Shown: piece after piece, positions 1 to 10,776 of the stretch
How the letters are laid out: each line of letters begins with the position of its first letter
Numbering within the stretch: position 1 is the stretch's first letter
Assembly (NCBI GenBank): GCA_964248365.1
Contig: CAXTYC010000033.1
Coordinates: 22,868-59,349 of the forward strand
From: an uncultured Chroococcidiopsis sp.
GTDB taxonomy: Bacteria > Cyanobacteriota > Cyanobacteriia > Cyanobacteriales > Chroococcidiopsidaceae
Length of the DNA stretch: 36,482 nucleotides
Reading direction: 5' to 3'
Made by a program: the position numbers and the translations under genes
The notes under the pieces: generated by a model
What the model saw: the letters and a program-made list of their open reading frames with translations, nothing else
What the model was told of the DNA's origin: nothing
Databases searched by the model: none

Positions 1-309
1 AGTGGGTTCAGGGGAGAGTGCGAGATAATTTCGACTTTCGAATGCGCGACTTTCGACTTTCCTTTTCCCTTTTCCCTTTTCCCCTTTCCCTTTCCCCTTT
101 CTCTAGCCCCTAGCCCCCAGCCCCTCATTAGGCGAGAGGCGAGAGGCGAGAGGTTCAGGGGAGAGTGGGAGAGTGGGTTCAGGGGAGAGTGCGAGATAAT
201 TTCGACTTTCGAATGCGCGACTTTCGGCTTTCCTTTTCCCTTTTCCCTTTTCCCCTTTCCCTTTCCCCTTTCTCTAGCCCCAAGCCCCCAGCCCCCAGCC
301 CCTCATTAG
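1..309. repeat. Direct duplication of a composite ~135 bp STRR-rich unit (1-131 and 172-309)
   Basis: AGTGGGTTCAGGGGAGAGTGCGAGATAATTTCGACTTTCGAATGCGCGACTTTCG...CCTCATTAG occurs twice; built from TTTTCCC, TAGCCCC and GGCGAGA heptamers. Confidence 0.9.
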
Positions 310-346
310 TAGACTAAACTGTAAAAAGTTAAGTCACAACGGTTTT

Positions 347-994
347 ATGACACAAACAAGCGCGCGTGAGTTATTTAGAGCAGCTTACGAAAATCGTTAC
401 ACCTGGGACGAAAACTTTCCTGGCTACAGCGCTAATGTGCAACTGAAGCAAGGGGATGAAGTCTACACCGGAAAAATTAGAATCAACCGCGACTTGAGTG
501 TGGAAGTCACAGGTATAGAAGACGAACAAGTGCAAGAAGGCATTTATACCCAACTAAGAGATGTAGTCACTCATCGCAAGCGATCGCAGTTTGATTCTGC
601 TCATGGTAAGAATCAGTTTGACTTGGGCGAAACTGATGAAACCGGAGCAATACAGATCCTAGTCAAGGGCGATGCTATGGGATCTAATTATAAAGTCCGA
701 GGTAAAGAAATTTGCCAAGTTAGTCGTGTGATGGGTCGAATGGCTTTTGTAATTGATACTCACGAAAGTTTGGACACAGGGGAAGGTTACTTAGCGACTC
801 GCTACGATGCTGTTTTTCGTAACCCACAAACCGATGAAGTCACTGCGGTTCTCAAATTTGAGGAAACTTACGAAAAAATTGATCGGTACTACATAATGTC
901 CAGGCAAGTCGTGCAAGAGTATAAGCAGGGCGATCGCATAGTCACCGAATTTAACTTCTCCAACGTCAGACTGCTCGAACCAGCGACTGTTTAG
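347..994 (+). CDS. Conserved cyanobacterial protein, DUF3386-like
   Basis: 215 aa ORF; N-terminal ARELFRAAYENRYTWDENFPGY typical of this family. Confidence 0.8.
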   Translation: MTQTSARELFRAAYENRYTWDENFPGYSANVQLKQGDEVYTGKIRINRDLSVEVTGIEDEQVQEGIYTQLRDVVTHRKRSQFDSAHGKNQFDLGETDETGAIQILVKGDAMGSNYKVRGKEICQVSRVMGRMAFVIDTHESLDTGEGYLATRYDAVFRNPQTDEVTAVLKFEETYEKIDRYYIMSRQVVQEYKQGDRIVTEFNFSNVRLLEPATV

Positions 995-1110
995 TCATTT
1001 GTCATTTGTCATTTGTCATTGGGATTGAACAAAAGACAAAGCAATTAGATCTAGGATCGAATTAGATAGCTAGTAGATTAAGATTCTCAATCTGAACAAG
1101 GTCTAAAACA

Positions 1111-1341
1111 ATGGAACTTACAATTGACAACGTAGAAACAGTCTTGGATGAAATGCGCCCATATTTGATATCTGATGGGGGCAATGTAGAATTAGTTGAA
1201 CTTGATGGTCCCATCGTCAAGCTGCGGCTGCAAGGTGCTTGCGGTTCTTGTCCCAGTTCGACAATGACTCTGAGAATGGGTATTGAGCGCCGTTTACGCG
1301 AAATGATTCCAGAAATTGCTGAAGTCGAGCAAGTAATTTAA
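1111..1341 (+). CDS. nfuA: NifU C-terminal-like (Nfu) Fe-S scaffold protein
   Basis: 76 aa; [14 protein letters not shown] and [11 protein letters not shown] (CxxC) motifs. Confidence 0.93.
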   Translation: MELTIDNVETVLDEMRPYLISDGGNVELVELDGPIVKLRLQGACGSCPSSTMTLRMGIERRLREMIPEIAEVEQVI

Positions 1342-1559
1342 GAAAAGGCGAGCATGATGAAGGATAAAGGCTAAAGGGAAAAGAGAAAAGGGAAAAGGAA
1401 AAAGGGAAAAGGGAAAGAATTAAATATTCTGTCGTGAGTCTTTTGGCTCCTGACTCCTGACTCCACAACTCCTGATCCTGTCTTTTCCATACTTCATACT
1501 TCATCCTTTATCCTTCATACTTTTCTCGCCCCTAGCCCCTAGCCCCTCACCCCTAGCTT

Positions 1560-3809
1560 ATGCCCCATCCGCTTTACGTTGCTTTCATCTGGCATCAACA
1601 CCAGCCGCTGTACAAAGGTCGTGATAGTGGCATTTCCCCTTCCTCTAGTCACTATCGTTTACCTTGGGTACGACTGCATGGTACAAAGGATTACCTCGAT
1701 TTGGTGCTATTGCTCGATCGCTATCCTCAGTTGCACCAAACAGTTAATCTAGTGCCATCGCTCATATTGCAACTTGAAGATTATATTGCTGGCACTGCTT
1801 TTGATCCCTACCTGACGGTAAGTTTGACCCCTACAGAACAACTAGGACAGGAACAAAAGCAATTCATCATTGAACACTTTTTTGATGCCAATCATCACAC
1901 CCTGATCGATCCCCACCCGCGCTATGCCCAGTTGTACCACCAACGCCAGGAAAAAGGGCAAGCTTGGTGTTTAGAAAATTGGGGGTTGCAAGATTACAGC
2001 GATTTGTTAGCTTGGCATAATCTAGCTTGGATCGATCCGCTGTTTTGGGATGACCCAGAAATTGCAACTTGGTTGCAGCAGGGTCGAGATTTTACCCTAG
2101 GCGATCGCCAGCGAATTTATTCTAAACAACGACAAATACTCAGCCGCATTATACCACAACATCGAATAATGCAACAAAAAGGGCAGTTAGAAGTAATAAC
2201 CTCGCCCTACACTCATCCCATCTTGCCCTTACTTGCCGATACCAACGAGGGTCGCGTGGCAGTACCAAATATGACTCTGCCAAATGAACGGTACCAGTGG
2301 GCAGAAGATATTCCCCGCCACTTGCAAAAAGCGTGGGACTTGTATGAAGCTCGATTTGAGCAAACCCCGCGTGGTTTATGGCCTTCGGAACAGTCGGTTA
2401 GTCCAGCAATTTTACCATACATTGTCAAGCAGGGATTTAATTGGATTTGTTCAGATGAAGCGGTCTTGGGCTGGACATTGAAACACTTTTTCCACCGCGA
2501 TGGGGCGGGAAATGTATTAGAACCAGAGTATTTATATCGACCGTATCGCCTGGAAACAGACGCAGGTGATTTGGCAATTGTATTTCGTGACCACAGATTA
2601 TCAGATTTGATCGGCTTTACCTATGGGTCAATGCCACCCAAACGGGCAGCAGCTGACTTGGTAGGGCATTTGGAAGCGATCGCGCAAACTCTCAAACATC
2701 GGCAACCAGAGGGTGGCACTTCGCTTGAGCAACCTTGGCTAGTTACCATTGCCTTGGATGGCGAGAATTGCTGGGAATTTTACCCCGAAGACGGCAAGCC
2801 TTTCTTAGAGAACTTGTATCAAACTCTGAGTAACAATCCTCACCTGAAACTAGTAACTGTCTCGGAATTTCTCGATCAGTTTCCAGCAACAGAAACTATT
2901 CCACAGCATCAGCTACATAGCGGTTCCTGGGTGGATGGCAGCTTCACTACTTGGATTGGAGATCCGGCAAAAAATCGTGCTTGGGACTTGCTGGCAGAGG
3001 CAAGGCAGGTATTGGCAAATCATCCAGAAGCAACCGAAGAAAACAACCCAGAAGCTTGGGAAGCCCTTTATGCAGCAGAAGGCTCTGACTGGTTTTGGTG
3101 GTTTGGTGAAGGGCATTCCTCGAATCAAGATGCTATTTTCGATTCCTTGTTTCGAGAACACTTGTGTGGTATATACCAGGCACTAAATGAACCTGTTCCC
3201 CCTGTTCTCCAGCAACCCGTAGAAGTTCACGCAGCACGACCTGAACACAGACCGCAAGGATTTATTCATCCGGTGATTGATGGACGTGGCGACGAGCAGG
3301 ACTGGGACAAAGCCGGACGCTTAGAAGTAGGCGGGGCGCGCGGAACAATGCACCAAAGTAGTGCAATTCAGCGAATTTGGTACGGGGTGGATCACTTAAA
3401 TTTCTACCTCAGACTGGACTTTGGCACGGGTGTGCAGCCAGGTCGGGATTTTCCACCCCAGTTGAATTTGCTGTGGTTCTATCCTGACCGGACAATGCAT
3501 AATAGCCCAGTTCCCTTGGCGGATTTGCCAGATGTAGCACCAGTGAATTATATGTTTCACCACCATCTGGAGATTAATTTGCTGACTCAATCAATTCAGT
3601 TTCAGGAAGCTGGGGAACATTATCAATGGCATCCTCGCGTCAGTCGCACTCAGATGGCTTTAGATAAGTGCTTAGAGGTGGCGATACCTTGGGCTGATTT
3701 GCAAATTCCACCTGACTATCCGCTGCGGTTAATTTTGGTGCTTTCAGATCAAGGCAGGTTTAGTAATTATTTGCCGGAAAATGCTTTGATTCCAATTGAA
3801 GTTCCTTAA
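1560..3809 (+). CDS. Glycoside hydrolase family 57 protein
   Basis: 749 aa; WHQHQP, HPILPLL, GLWPSEQ, ALDGENCW and AEGSDWFWW conserved GH57 regions. Confidence 0.92.
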   Translation: MPHPLYVAFIWHQHQPLYKGRDSGISPSSSHYRLPWVRLHGTKDYLDLVLLLDRYPQLHQTVNLVPSLILQLEDYIAGTAFDPYLTVSLTPTEQLGQEQKQFIIEHFFDANHHTLIDPHPRYAQLYHQRQEKGQAWCLENWGLQDYSDLLAWHNLAWIDPLFWDDPEIATWLQQGRDFTLGDRQRIYSKQRQILSRIIPQHRIMQQKGQLEVITSPYTHPILPLLADTNEGRVAVPNMTLPNERYQWAEDIPRHLQKAWDLYEARFEQTPRGLWPSEQSVSPAILPYIVKQGFNWICSDEAVLGWTLKHFFHRDGAGNVLEPEYLYRPYRLETDAGDLAIVFRDHRLSDLIGFTYGSMPPKRAAADLVGHLEAIAQTLKHRQPEGGTSLEQPWLVTIALDGENCWEFYPEDGKPFLENLYQTLSNNPHLKLVTVSEFLDQFPATETIPQHQLHSGSWVDGSFTTWIGDPAKNRAWDLLAEARQVLANHPEATEENNPEAWEALYAAEGSDWFWWFGEGHSSNQDAIFDSLFREHLCGIYQALNEPVPPVLQQPVEVHAARPEHRPQGFIHPVIDGRGDEQDWDKAGRLEVGGARGTMHQSSAIQRIWYGVDHLNFYLRLDFGTGVQPGRDFPPQLNLLWFYPDRTMHNSPVPLADLPDVAPVNYMFHHHLEINLLTQSIQFQEAGEHYQWHPRVSRTQMALDKCLEVAIPWADLQIPPDYPLRLILVLSDQGRFSNYLPENALIPIEVP

Positions 3810-3810
3810 A

Positions 3811-3925
3811 CTCAGATCTTGCACCAAAAATTGATTGCCAAGAGGCAAGAGCATCCTAACCCTCAAAGGCAAGGCTCAGCCTTGTCACCAAAAAAAACCC
3901 TACAGATAATGATACAAGATCTGAG
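3811..3925. mobile_element. MITE-like element
   Basis: 11-bp terminal inverted repeats CTCAGATCTTG / CAAGATCTGAG flanked by TTAAA direct repeats (3806-3810, 3926-3930); no ORF. Confidence 0.6.
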
Positions 3926-4036
3926 TTAAACCCCCTTTAAAAGGGGGGCTAGGGGGGATCAGATCTGTTGTAATCACAAAGCGAATTGGTATGAGTTAAA
4001 ACCCTCAAAGGCAAGGCTGAGCCTTGTCACCAAAAA
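3860..4036. repeat. Two copies of a short palindromic dispersed repeat plus a GC-rich hairpin repeat
   Basis: CCCTCAAAGGCAAGGCT(C/G)AGCCTTGTCACCAAAAA at ~3860 and ~4002; CCCCCTTTAAAAGGGGGGCTAGGGGGGATC at 3931-3960. Confidence 0.75.
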
Positions 4037-4114
4037 ATAGAGGCAAGAGCCTCATTAGGCTAGCAGTGGCACTTGAGCTATTAGCAAGGGAAATAATTTC
4101 CTTGCAAGTAAGAT

Positions 4115-5287
4115 TTACTGTGCTGCACGAAACAATAGCACTCCAACTGCACCAAAACCAAATATATTCGGCAACCAACCGGCTAGCCAAGGAGGAAGTA
4201 TACCTGCTAAACCCAGCGCATCACAAGCAATTATAAGTGAGTAGTAACTAAAAATTACTATGATACTAATACCAAAACTCGTTGCCCGACCTTTGCTATT
4301 TGGATTAGTGCCTAAAGTCGCGCCAACCAAGCCAAAAACAACACAAATAAATGGGAAGGCAAGTTTTTCGTGGATACGCAGCTTATATCGGCGAATTTTG
4401 CTCTCATCACCACTTAGACGCGCAATCTCTAATTGCTTTGCGACTTGAGCAATATTCATTTCATCAGAATCTCGCACTCTAGCAGCTAAATCTAGTGGTG
4501 TCCGAGGCAGCCGCAACTGATGATGTTGAAACTGCACAATGTTGCGATACGAACTGTCTGGAGCAACTAGATAGATAGTACCATTGTAAAAATCCCAGAT
4601 ATTTTGGTTCGGATTCCACATTGCTGAATCTGACACCACAATCTGATTTACACCTTGGCGCGATCGATCAATAATTGTTAAACCTCTCATGCGCTGACCA
4701 TCGAATTGATCGGCGTAAAACAAGCGCGTTAATATCCTTCCCTTGCTGCCATCTGGTTGCTTGACTTCCTCGTATTCGGGATACAAAATTTGCTCTTGGA
4801 ACTTTGGCTTTTCTTCCTTTAATGCCTGTTCTAAGGTGAGGCTAGCTTGGTATTTTGCTGCTGGTACGACTTGCTCGTTAAACAAAAACGTCATCCCCAT
4901 AACGACAAGACTTAGAACGAAAGCAGGCAGAACTAGCCGATAAATACTCACTCCACAGCTACGCAGGGCAATTAGTTCACTGTCACTTGACAGGCGACTA
5001 TAGGTCATCAAGGCAGCTAAGAGGGTGGACATGGGGAAGGAAAGTACTAAGAAATACGGTAGCTGCAACGAAAAAACATTCAAGGCGATCGCAACTGGCA
5101 ATCCTGACTCTACCACTTTGCGCACCAGTTCAAATACAGTGCCAACTGCCACTAAAACAGACGAAAATGCTCCTACACCAAACAAAAAGGGTAGGAGCAG
5201 AAGGGCAGCAATATAGCGATCCATAATTGCAGGTCTAGGAACCAGCAATTTTAAAGATTTGAAAAATTTGTAGCTGGCTGATGTCAT
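4115..5287 (-). CDS. LptF/LptG (YjgP/YjgQ) family LPS export permease
   Basis: MDRYI start region, LSSDSELIALRSCGVS motif, six-TM pattern with periplasmic domain; downstream of lptB. True start may be the later MDRY Met. Confidence 0.9.
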   Translation of the reverse strand: MTSASYKFFKSLKLLVPRPAIMDRYIAALLLLPFLFGVGAFSSVLVAVGTVFELVRKVVESGLPVAIALNVFSLQLPYFLVLSFPMSTLLAALMTYSRLSSDSELIALRSCGVSIYRLVLPAFVLSLVVMGMTFLFNEQVVPAAKYQASLTLEQALKEEKPKFQEQILYPEYEEVKQPDGSKGRILTRLFYADQFDGQRMRGLTIIDRSRQGVNQIVVSDSAMWNPNQNIWDFYNGTIYLVAPDSSYRNIVQFQHHQLRLPRTPLDLAARVRDSDEMNIAQVAKQLEIARLSGDESKIRRYKLRIHEKLAFPFICVVFGLVGATLGTNPNSKGRATSFGISIIVIFSYYSLIIACDALGLAGILPPWLAGWLPNIFGFGAVGVLLFRAAQ

Positions 5288-5441
5288 TGAAAGAGGGGCG
5301 CATTTGCTAGGGGCTAGGGATTAGGGAGAGGGGGAATCCGGGGAGAGTGGGAGAGTGGGAGAGGGAGAAAATTTAATCTTTTAATCTAAAATTCCCTGGT
5401 TTCCCTAGCCTCTAGCCTCTAGCCCCTAGCCCCTCACCTCT

Positions 5442-6170
5442 TCATACCTGGAAGTTATCACCTAAGTAGTATTGTCGAACTAGGGGATTATTGCAAAGTT
5501 CTTGGGAGCTACCATCAGCGAGAATTTGCCCCTCTCGCATGATATAGGCTCGGTCAGTAATGGCAAGAGTTTCGCGGACATTGTGATCTGTAACTAAAAT
5601 ACCAATGTGGCGATCGCGCAGCTTTTGCACCATTGCCTGAATTTCAGATACGGCTATCGGATCAACCCCAGCAAACGGTTCATCCAAAAATAAAAATCTT
5701 GGTCCCTCGCGTCCAGATGCCAAAGCTCTCGCCAATTCTGTCCGACGGCGCTCTCCACCAGAAACGTAGATACCTTTTGTATCAGCAACTCTCTCTAGGC
5801 GAAACTCTCGCAAAAGTAAATTCAAGCGAGTATGCCACTCCCGACGGGGGACGTTGGTTTGCTCCAGCACCAGTAGAATATTGTCCTGCACACTCAAATG
5901 ACGAAAAATACTAGGTTCCTGTGCTAGATACCCAATTCCCAGCCGCGCTCTTTTGTGCATTGGTAGTGCAGTAATGTCTTGGTCGTTCAGCCATACTGTA
6001 CCCAAATTCGGTTTCTCCAACCCTGTAGCAATATAAAAAGTCGTTGTTTTACCAGCTCCATTTGGACCTAGTAACCCGACAACTTCACCCTGAGCTACCG
6101 AGAGATTAACACGATTGACAACAACACGTTTTTTGTAATTTTTATGAATATTTTCTAAGACAAATTTCAT
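5442..6170 (-). CDS. lptB: LPS export ABC transporter ATP-binding protein
   Basis: GLLGPNGAGKTTTF Walker A, SGGERRR signature, LDEPFAGVDP, TDHNVRETL. Confidence 0.95.
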   Translation of the reverse strand: MKFVLENIHKNYKKRVVVNRVNLSVAQGEVVGLLGPNGAGKTTTFYIATGLEKPNLGTVWLNDQDITALPMHKRARLGIGYLAQEPSIFRHLSVQDNILLVLEQTNVPRREWHTRLNLLLREFRLERVADTKGIYVSGGERRRTELARALASGREGPRFLFLDEPFAGVDPIAVSEIQAMVQKLRDRHIGILVTDHNVRETLAITDRAYIMREGQILADGSSQELCNNPLVRQYYLGDNFQV

Positions 6171-6190
6171 ATTGGTGCTATTACAAAAAT

Positions 6191-6742
6191 CTACCTTCTG
6201 GGAGCAGCAGGAGTACTAGGGCGCGAAGGAGTAGAAGGGGTATTCAAGGGAGGTGTCTGTGGTGCGGCTGACGGTTGAGTTTGGGGATTTGTATCATTAA
6301 TGATATAGATAGACTCTACCTGCGCGTTTGTCTTAGGTGTAGCAATAAATCGTCCTTCATCAATCAGGTAGGTAATGCTATCTCCCTTAATACTGTTACC
6401 CTGTTGCAATACATAAACATTTCCGCTCAAAATAATTTTGCGTTCGCGGCTAAAGTATTGCGCTTGGGCAGCTGTAGCTTGGATCTGTCGGGCAGGATAA
6501 TTAATTTGTACATTCCCAATAGCGGTAAAAACGCCAGTTTTGGAATTTGCCTCCTGACGAGTAGCGTTAATAAAAAGAGCGCGATTACCGCCTGGTGTTT
6601 GATTTGTAGTACCTGTAGTAGGTGTTTGACCTGTGGCGCTAGGGGAGACGGTAGCAAAGGCTATAGCACTCACCAGAGTAGCTGGGATCATCCAGCTATA
6701 GCTCAAGTGATGTAGCCGAAGGAGTAAAAAGGAGGGCATCAT
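6191..6742 (-). CDS. LptA/OstA family periplasmic protein
   Basis: Signal peptide, ATAAQAQYFSRERKIILSGNVYVLQQGNSI OstA-like region, directly upstream of lptB. Confidence 0.85.
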   Translation of the reverse strand: MMPSFLLLRLHHLSYSWMIPATLVSAIAFATVSPSATGQTPTTGTTNQTPGGNRALFINATRQEANSKTGVFTAIGNVQINYPARQIQATAAQAQYFSRERKIILSGNVYVLQQGNSIKGDSITYLIDEGRFIATPKTNAQVESIYIINDTNPQTQPSAAPQTPPLNTPSTPSRPSTPAAPRR

Positions 6743-7042
6743 GGGATATAGGACGGGATCAGAGGGTCGATGGCGAGAGCTTGGGACAAGGCAATACCTT
6801 GCCCGTACTAGTGTATCAATGCTATTTAGCTGTTAGCTGTTAGCTTTTAGCTGTTAGCTGACGCGCTGATCCATAGTTTCTAACTTTTTGGTATCTTTAA
6901 TACGAGAGCGTGTCAATTGTATTACTACTTGCAAGCTTGCTAAAAGCTAATAACTAATAGCTAATTGTGTCAATCTTGACGGTTACATTACTCTAAAGGT
7001 TTCGCCAATAAAATATAACCCAAAAAATTTGCTAGCAATTTT

Positions 7043-7471
7043 TTAAGCGTCAACCACAATTTTGGGTAAGGGCAAGGCTAAATCTTCCATTGCCAGTCTA
7101 CCGTCACCTATGACCCAATCAGCAACCTTTTCAGGTCCTGTCTGTTGCAGCGTTGTTAACAGGGCTGCACTTTGATTCAATAACTCATCCACATCAATCC
7201 CACTATAAACACTGGGATAACGTCGCAGCCGATTAATTCCCTCTCCCAACAGAATTACTGCTCCCCGCCAATTTGAGTTGCTTAGATGATAAATACCTAC
7301 CGCAATTTGTAATATTCCTTGATAAAAAGTTTTTGGCGGTTCTGTTGCTTCCATCCACAGAGCTTCCAAAGTGTCATGACAGGCGTAGAACTGCCCTTGA
7401 TTAAACTGCTCTACACCCTGCCAAAACGTGGGCGGTATCTCTTGGTTCAAGTTCCTGTGTCCCAATTCCAA
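7043..7471 (-). CDS. DUF309 domain protein
   Basis: FNQGQFYACHDTLEALW and FYQGILQIAV motifs. Confidence 0.85.
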   Translation of the reverse strand: MELGHRNLNQEIPPTFWQGVEQFNQGQFYACHDTLEALWMEATEPPKTFYQGILQIAVGIYHLSNSNWRGAVILLGEGINRLRRYPSVYSGIDVDELLNQSAALLTTLQQTGPEKVADWVIGDGRLAMEDLALPLPKIVVDA

Positions 7472-7589
7472 ATTACTACTTCATAGCACCTAGCTAGGAG
7501 CTTAAAAAATGGAACTTGACTTTTTCCCCTTTCCATGTATTCAAATCACCCAAGCAGAAACTATTAATTACGAATTACGAAGCGCGGAA

Positions 7590-7955
7590 TTATTTCATGC
7601 TGTCTCGGACAGTTTTGATGTACTCCAAATCTATATCCTGATTTTCACCAGCAAATTCGTTATCTGATGTGAGAAACAGCATACAGTGGCACTCTTTGCG
7701 CTCTCGCATCGGTACACAAGGGCAGTTCCAGAATGTGGCGTGTACTTCTGCTTCCTTGTCTTCATAGTGGCGACAAGGGCATAGGGGTGCGCCTAAATCG
7801 TCTTTATGCTTGGCAAGTCCTTCAATCACCACAGCTGTTACTGAAGGCTCAGCACAGAAGTAAGTGCCAGTGCGCTTGGCATAAGTTTGGGAAAACTGCC
7901 ACATCGCCTCTAGATTTTTATCACTGGATAAAGTGTTATTTTCCGCTGAGTTCAT
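7590..7955 (-). CDS. ftrC: Ferredoxin-thioredoxin reductase catalytic subunit
   Basis: LCPCRHY, WNCPCVPM and ECHCMLF motifs; start placed at internal ATG 7955 (MNSAEN). Confidence 0.95.
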   Translation of the reverse strand: MNSAENNTLSSDKNLEAMWQFSQTYAKRTGTYFCAEPSVTAVVIEGLAKHKDDLGAPLCPCRHYEDKEAEVHATFWNCPCVPMRERKECHCMLFLTSDNEFAGENQDIDLEYIKTVRDSMK

Positions 7956-8198
7956 AGATTGATATGAGGAACGAGTGAGTATTTTTCGCATTTTATCCTA
8001 GAGGCGATCGCTTTTTTGAGGGGCTGGAGGCTAGGGAGTGGGGAGATGGGGAGATGGGAGGCAAAGGGAAGCAAAGGGAAGCAAAGGGGAGAATGATTAA
8101 TTACGAATTAAGAACCAGGAATTACGAATTGTCTTTTTCCTTTTTCCTTTTCCCTTTTCCCTTTTTTCTAGCCCCTAACCCCTAGCCCCTAGCTCCTC

Positions 8199-9992
8199 TC
8201 AAGCGCGCTTCGCCAGCTTTTTCGCCAACTTCCGCAGACGAATTGACTTTGGTGTGACTTCGACTAATTCATCTGGTCCAATGTATTCCAAAGCCCGTTC
8301 TAGGCTCATATCTACTGGTGCTTGCAGCTGCACTAGTTCATCACCACTGGCGGCGCGGTGGTTTGTCAGCTGTTTGGTCTTACAAACATTCAGTTCTAGA
8401 TCTTGCTGACGGTTGTGTTCTCCCACAATCATGCCTTTGTAAACCTTTGTGCCTGGGGTAATGAAGAATACACCGCGATCTTCAGCATTCTTCATCGCGT
8501 AGAAGGTAGCCACACCCTCTTCAAAGGAAATTAACACTCCATTGCGGCGGGCTTCAATTTCCCCACTCAGAGGACGGTAATCAAGGAAGCTGTGGTTCAT
8601 AATGCCTTCACCCCTCGTCATACGCATGAATTCACCTCGAAAACCTACCAAACCACGAGCTGGGATGATAAATTCTAGCTGAGTGCGTCCATTGCTACCG
8701 ACTTGCATATCTTGCATTTCACCCCGTCGCTGTCCCAGCCGTTCAATACAGCTGCCTACGCCTTCTTCTGGCACATCCAACACTAGGTATTCATAAGGTT
8801 CGCAAGGTTGACCGCTGACTTCGCGGTAAATTACTTGTGGCTGAGAAACTTGGAATTCGTAGCCTTCGCGCCGCATGGTTTCAATCAAAATGCCCAGGTG
8901 GAGTTCACCTCTTCCTGAAACCAATAATTTATCAGGCGAGTCGGTTTCTTCCACTCGTAGGGCGACATTGGTTTCTAGTTCGCGCATCAGGCGATCGCGC
9001 ACTTGTCGAGAAGTGACAAAATTCCCTTCGAGTCCAGCAAATGGCGAATCATTGACAGAAAATGTCATCTGCAATGTCGGTTCATCTACCTTAATCAATG
9101 GCAACGCTTGCGGTTCATTCGGGCAAGTAATCGTTTCTCCTATATTTGCCTCAGCAAATCCAGCCACAGCTACAATGTTTCCGGCTGAAGCGGATTCCAA
9201 GTCAATTCGCTTGAGTCCTTCAAATCCCATCAATTTGGTAACTTTGGCTTTGGCAATTTCGCCTGTTTCTGTTACCAAAGCTGCTTGCTGCCCGATGCGA
9301 ATTGTGCCATTGTGAATTTTGCCAATTACAATCCGTCCCACATACTCAGAGTAATCTAGAGTGGTGACTTGCAGCTGTAGCGGCTTATTTACATCGCCTA
9401 CAGGTGGTGGCACATGACGCAAAATTGCTTCAAACAAGGGTTGCATATCCACCCCTTGTGCATCTAGGTCTTCTTTGGCATAACCTTCTAGACCAGAGGC
9501 AAATAAATAAGGAAACTCGCACTGGTCATCATCTGCGCCTAGTTCCAAAAACAGATCCAGTACTTTATCAATCGCACCATAAGGATCTGCCTGGGGTCGG
9601 TCGATTTTGTTGACGACAACAATCGGGCGCAGTCCCTTTTCTAGGGCTTTTTTCAGCACAAAGCGAGTCTGGGGCATTGGTCCTTCGTTGGCATCTACAA
9701 TCAGGATGCAGCCATCAACCATGCCTAGTACGCGCTCTACCTCACCGCCAAAATCAGCGTGACCTGGAGTATCAACAATATTGATCAGGGTGTCTTTGTA
9801 GCGAACTGCTGTATTCTTGGAAAGAATGGTAATACCCCGCTCTCGTTCCAGGGCGTTGGAGTCCATTACACAATCAGGTACGTCTTCCCCTTCGCGGAAA
9901 ATGCCGGATTGTTTGAGCAAGGCATCAACGAGAGTGGTTTTGCCGTGATCGACGTGGGCGATAATGGCGACGTTGCGAATGGGAAGCGTCAT
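8199..9992 (-). CDS. typA: Translational GTPase TypA/BipA
   Basis: [36 protein letters not shown] and C-terminal [11 protein letters not shown]; start at ATG 9992 (MTLPIRN). Confidence 0.97.
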   Translation of the reverse strand: MTLPIRNVAIIAHVDHGKTTLVDALLKQSGIFREGEDVPDCVMDSNALERERGITILSKNTAVRYKDTLINIVDTPGHADFGGEVERVLGMVDGCILIVDANEGPMPQTRFVLKKALEKGLRPIVVVNKIDRPQADPYGAIDKVLDLFLELGADDDQCEFPYLFASGLEGYAKEDLDAQGVDMQPLFEAILRHVPPPVGDVNKPLQLQVTTLDYSEYVGRIVIGKIHNGTIRIGQQAALVTETGEIAKAKVTKLMGFEGLKRIDLESASAGNIVAVAGFAEANIGETITCPNEPQALPLIKVDEPTLQMTFSVNDSPFAGLEGNFVTSRQVRDRLMRELETNVALRVEETDSPDKLLVSGRGELHLGILIETMRREGYEFQVSQPQVIYREVSGQPCEPYEYLVLDVPEEGVGSCIERLGQRRGEMQDMQVGSNGRTQLEFIIPARGLVGFRGEFMRMTRGEGIMNHSFLDYRPLSGEIEARRNGVLISFEEGVATFYAMKNAEDRGVFFITPGTKVYKGMIVGEHNRQQDLELNVCKTKQLTNHRAASGDELVQLQAPVDMSLERALEYIGPDELVEVTPKSIRLRKLAKKLAKRA

Positions 9993-10218
9993 AAAAGCGT
10001 TGTTTGAACTAGAGGAGGGTTTTAATACTGAAGTTTCCGTCAGTGGCTTATTAACAGAATTTGGTAACACTCATAAATTCTGTAAACAAGCCTTAATAAT
10101 TCTATCTTACTCGTAAACAGTTACCAGTTACCAGTTATCAGTTACCAGGAGGCAGGAGGCAAGAGGCAAGTTGCCCGAGGCAAGTTACCAACTACCAACT
10201 ACCAATAAAAGCTAAAAG

Positions 10219-10656
10219 CTAACAGCTAATCGCTAATCGCTTTTGACTGTATACGTTGCGTAGCTCTGGCAGGCTGGTGAGTGTTAGCCCTAACTTTATC
10301 ACACCCACTATTTTGCCCCAGTTGTCTAGTTGGGTTATCGTTTCGGCTTGCTTAAATTTCTCTTTGTAGAAATCTACCCAAAAAGCAGGCGCTTGCTTTT
10401 TATTCTTTTGCCAACGCTTACGCCAGCGCACGAAATCTTGATTGGTGGGTGGTTCTACTCCCACGATTGGCGGTAAATCCGCATAGCTGACAAATGTACT
10501 CACACCCTTACCAACGACGTGAATTACATATCGCCAACAATCAATTCTATATATATCTTCGGTTTTCAGGTTGAGTAATAAGGCGATCGCATCTGAGGTA
10601 ACAAAACGAGCTTGTGGATGATTGGACTTTGCTTGAGCGTTTGTTGTTGCTATCAT
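10219..10656 (-). CDS. Hypothetical protein, divergent from XRE-HTH gene
   Basis: 145 aa ATG ORF; a decayed copy of its 5' end at ~11319-11390 supports a real gene. Confidence 0.75.
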   Translation of the reverse strand: MIATTNAQAKSNHPQARFVTSDAIALLLNLKTEDIYRIDCWRYVIHVVGKGVSTFVSYADLPPIVGVEPPTNQDFVRWRKRWQKNKKQAPAFWVDFYKEKFKQAETITQLDNWGKIVGVIKLGLTLTSLPELRNVYSQKRLAISC

Positions 10657-10722
10657 AGTAAGTAACTCCCACTATGTGAGTAAATAACTCCCACTATGTG
10701 AGTAAGTAACTCCCACTATGTG
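10657..10722. repeat. 3 x 22-bp tandem repeat AGTAAGTAACTCCCACTATGTG
   Basis: Copies at 10657, 10679 (one mismatch) and 10701; the last runs into the palindrome TCCCAC-TAT-GTGGGA. Confidence 0.95.
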
Positions 10723-10737
10723 GGACTAATTGTGCTT

Positions 10738-10776
10738 AGCGATCGCCTTAAGTTTGACCGACCGGAGGCGATCGCT
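10738..10776. promoter_or_regulatory. Hairpin with HIP1-containing stem between divergent genes
   Basis: AGCGATCGCCT-(TAAGTTTGACCGACCGG)-AGGCGATCGCT; second copy at ~11428-11466. Confidence 0.6.

Noticed and set aside
1217..1504. 95-aa minus-strand ORF, and similar ORFs at 29217-29408 and 31642-31845
   Set aside because: Low-complexity translations of STRR tracts
6275..6715. 146-aa plus-strand ORF opposite lptA, and other antisense ORFs over typA, the AKR, ycf20 and the HAD gene
   Set aside because: Fully or largely overlap well-supported genes on the other strand and show no recognisable motifs
10657..10722. 22-bp repeats as a mini CRISPR array
   Set aside because: Units are contiguous with no spacers, and no cas genes are in the window
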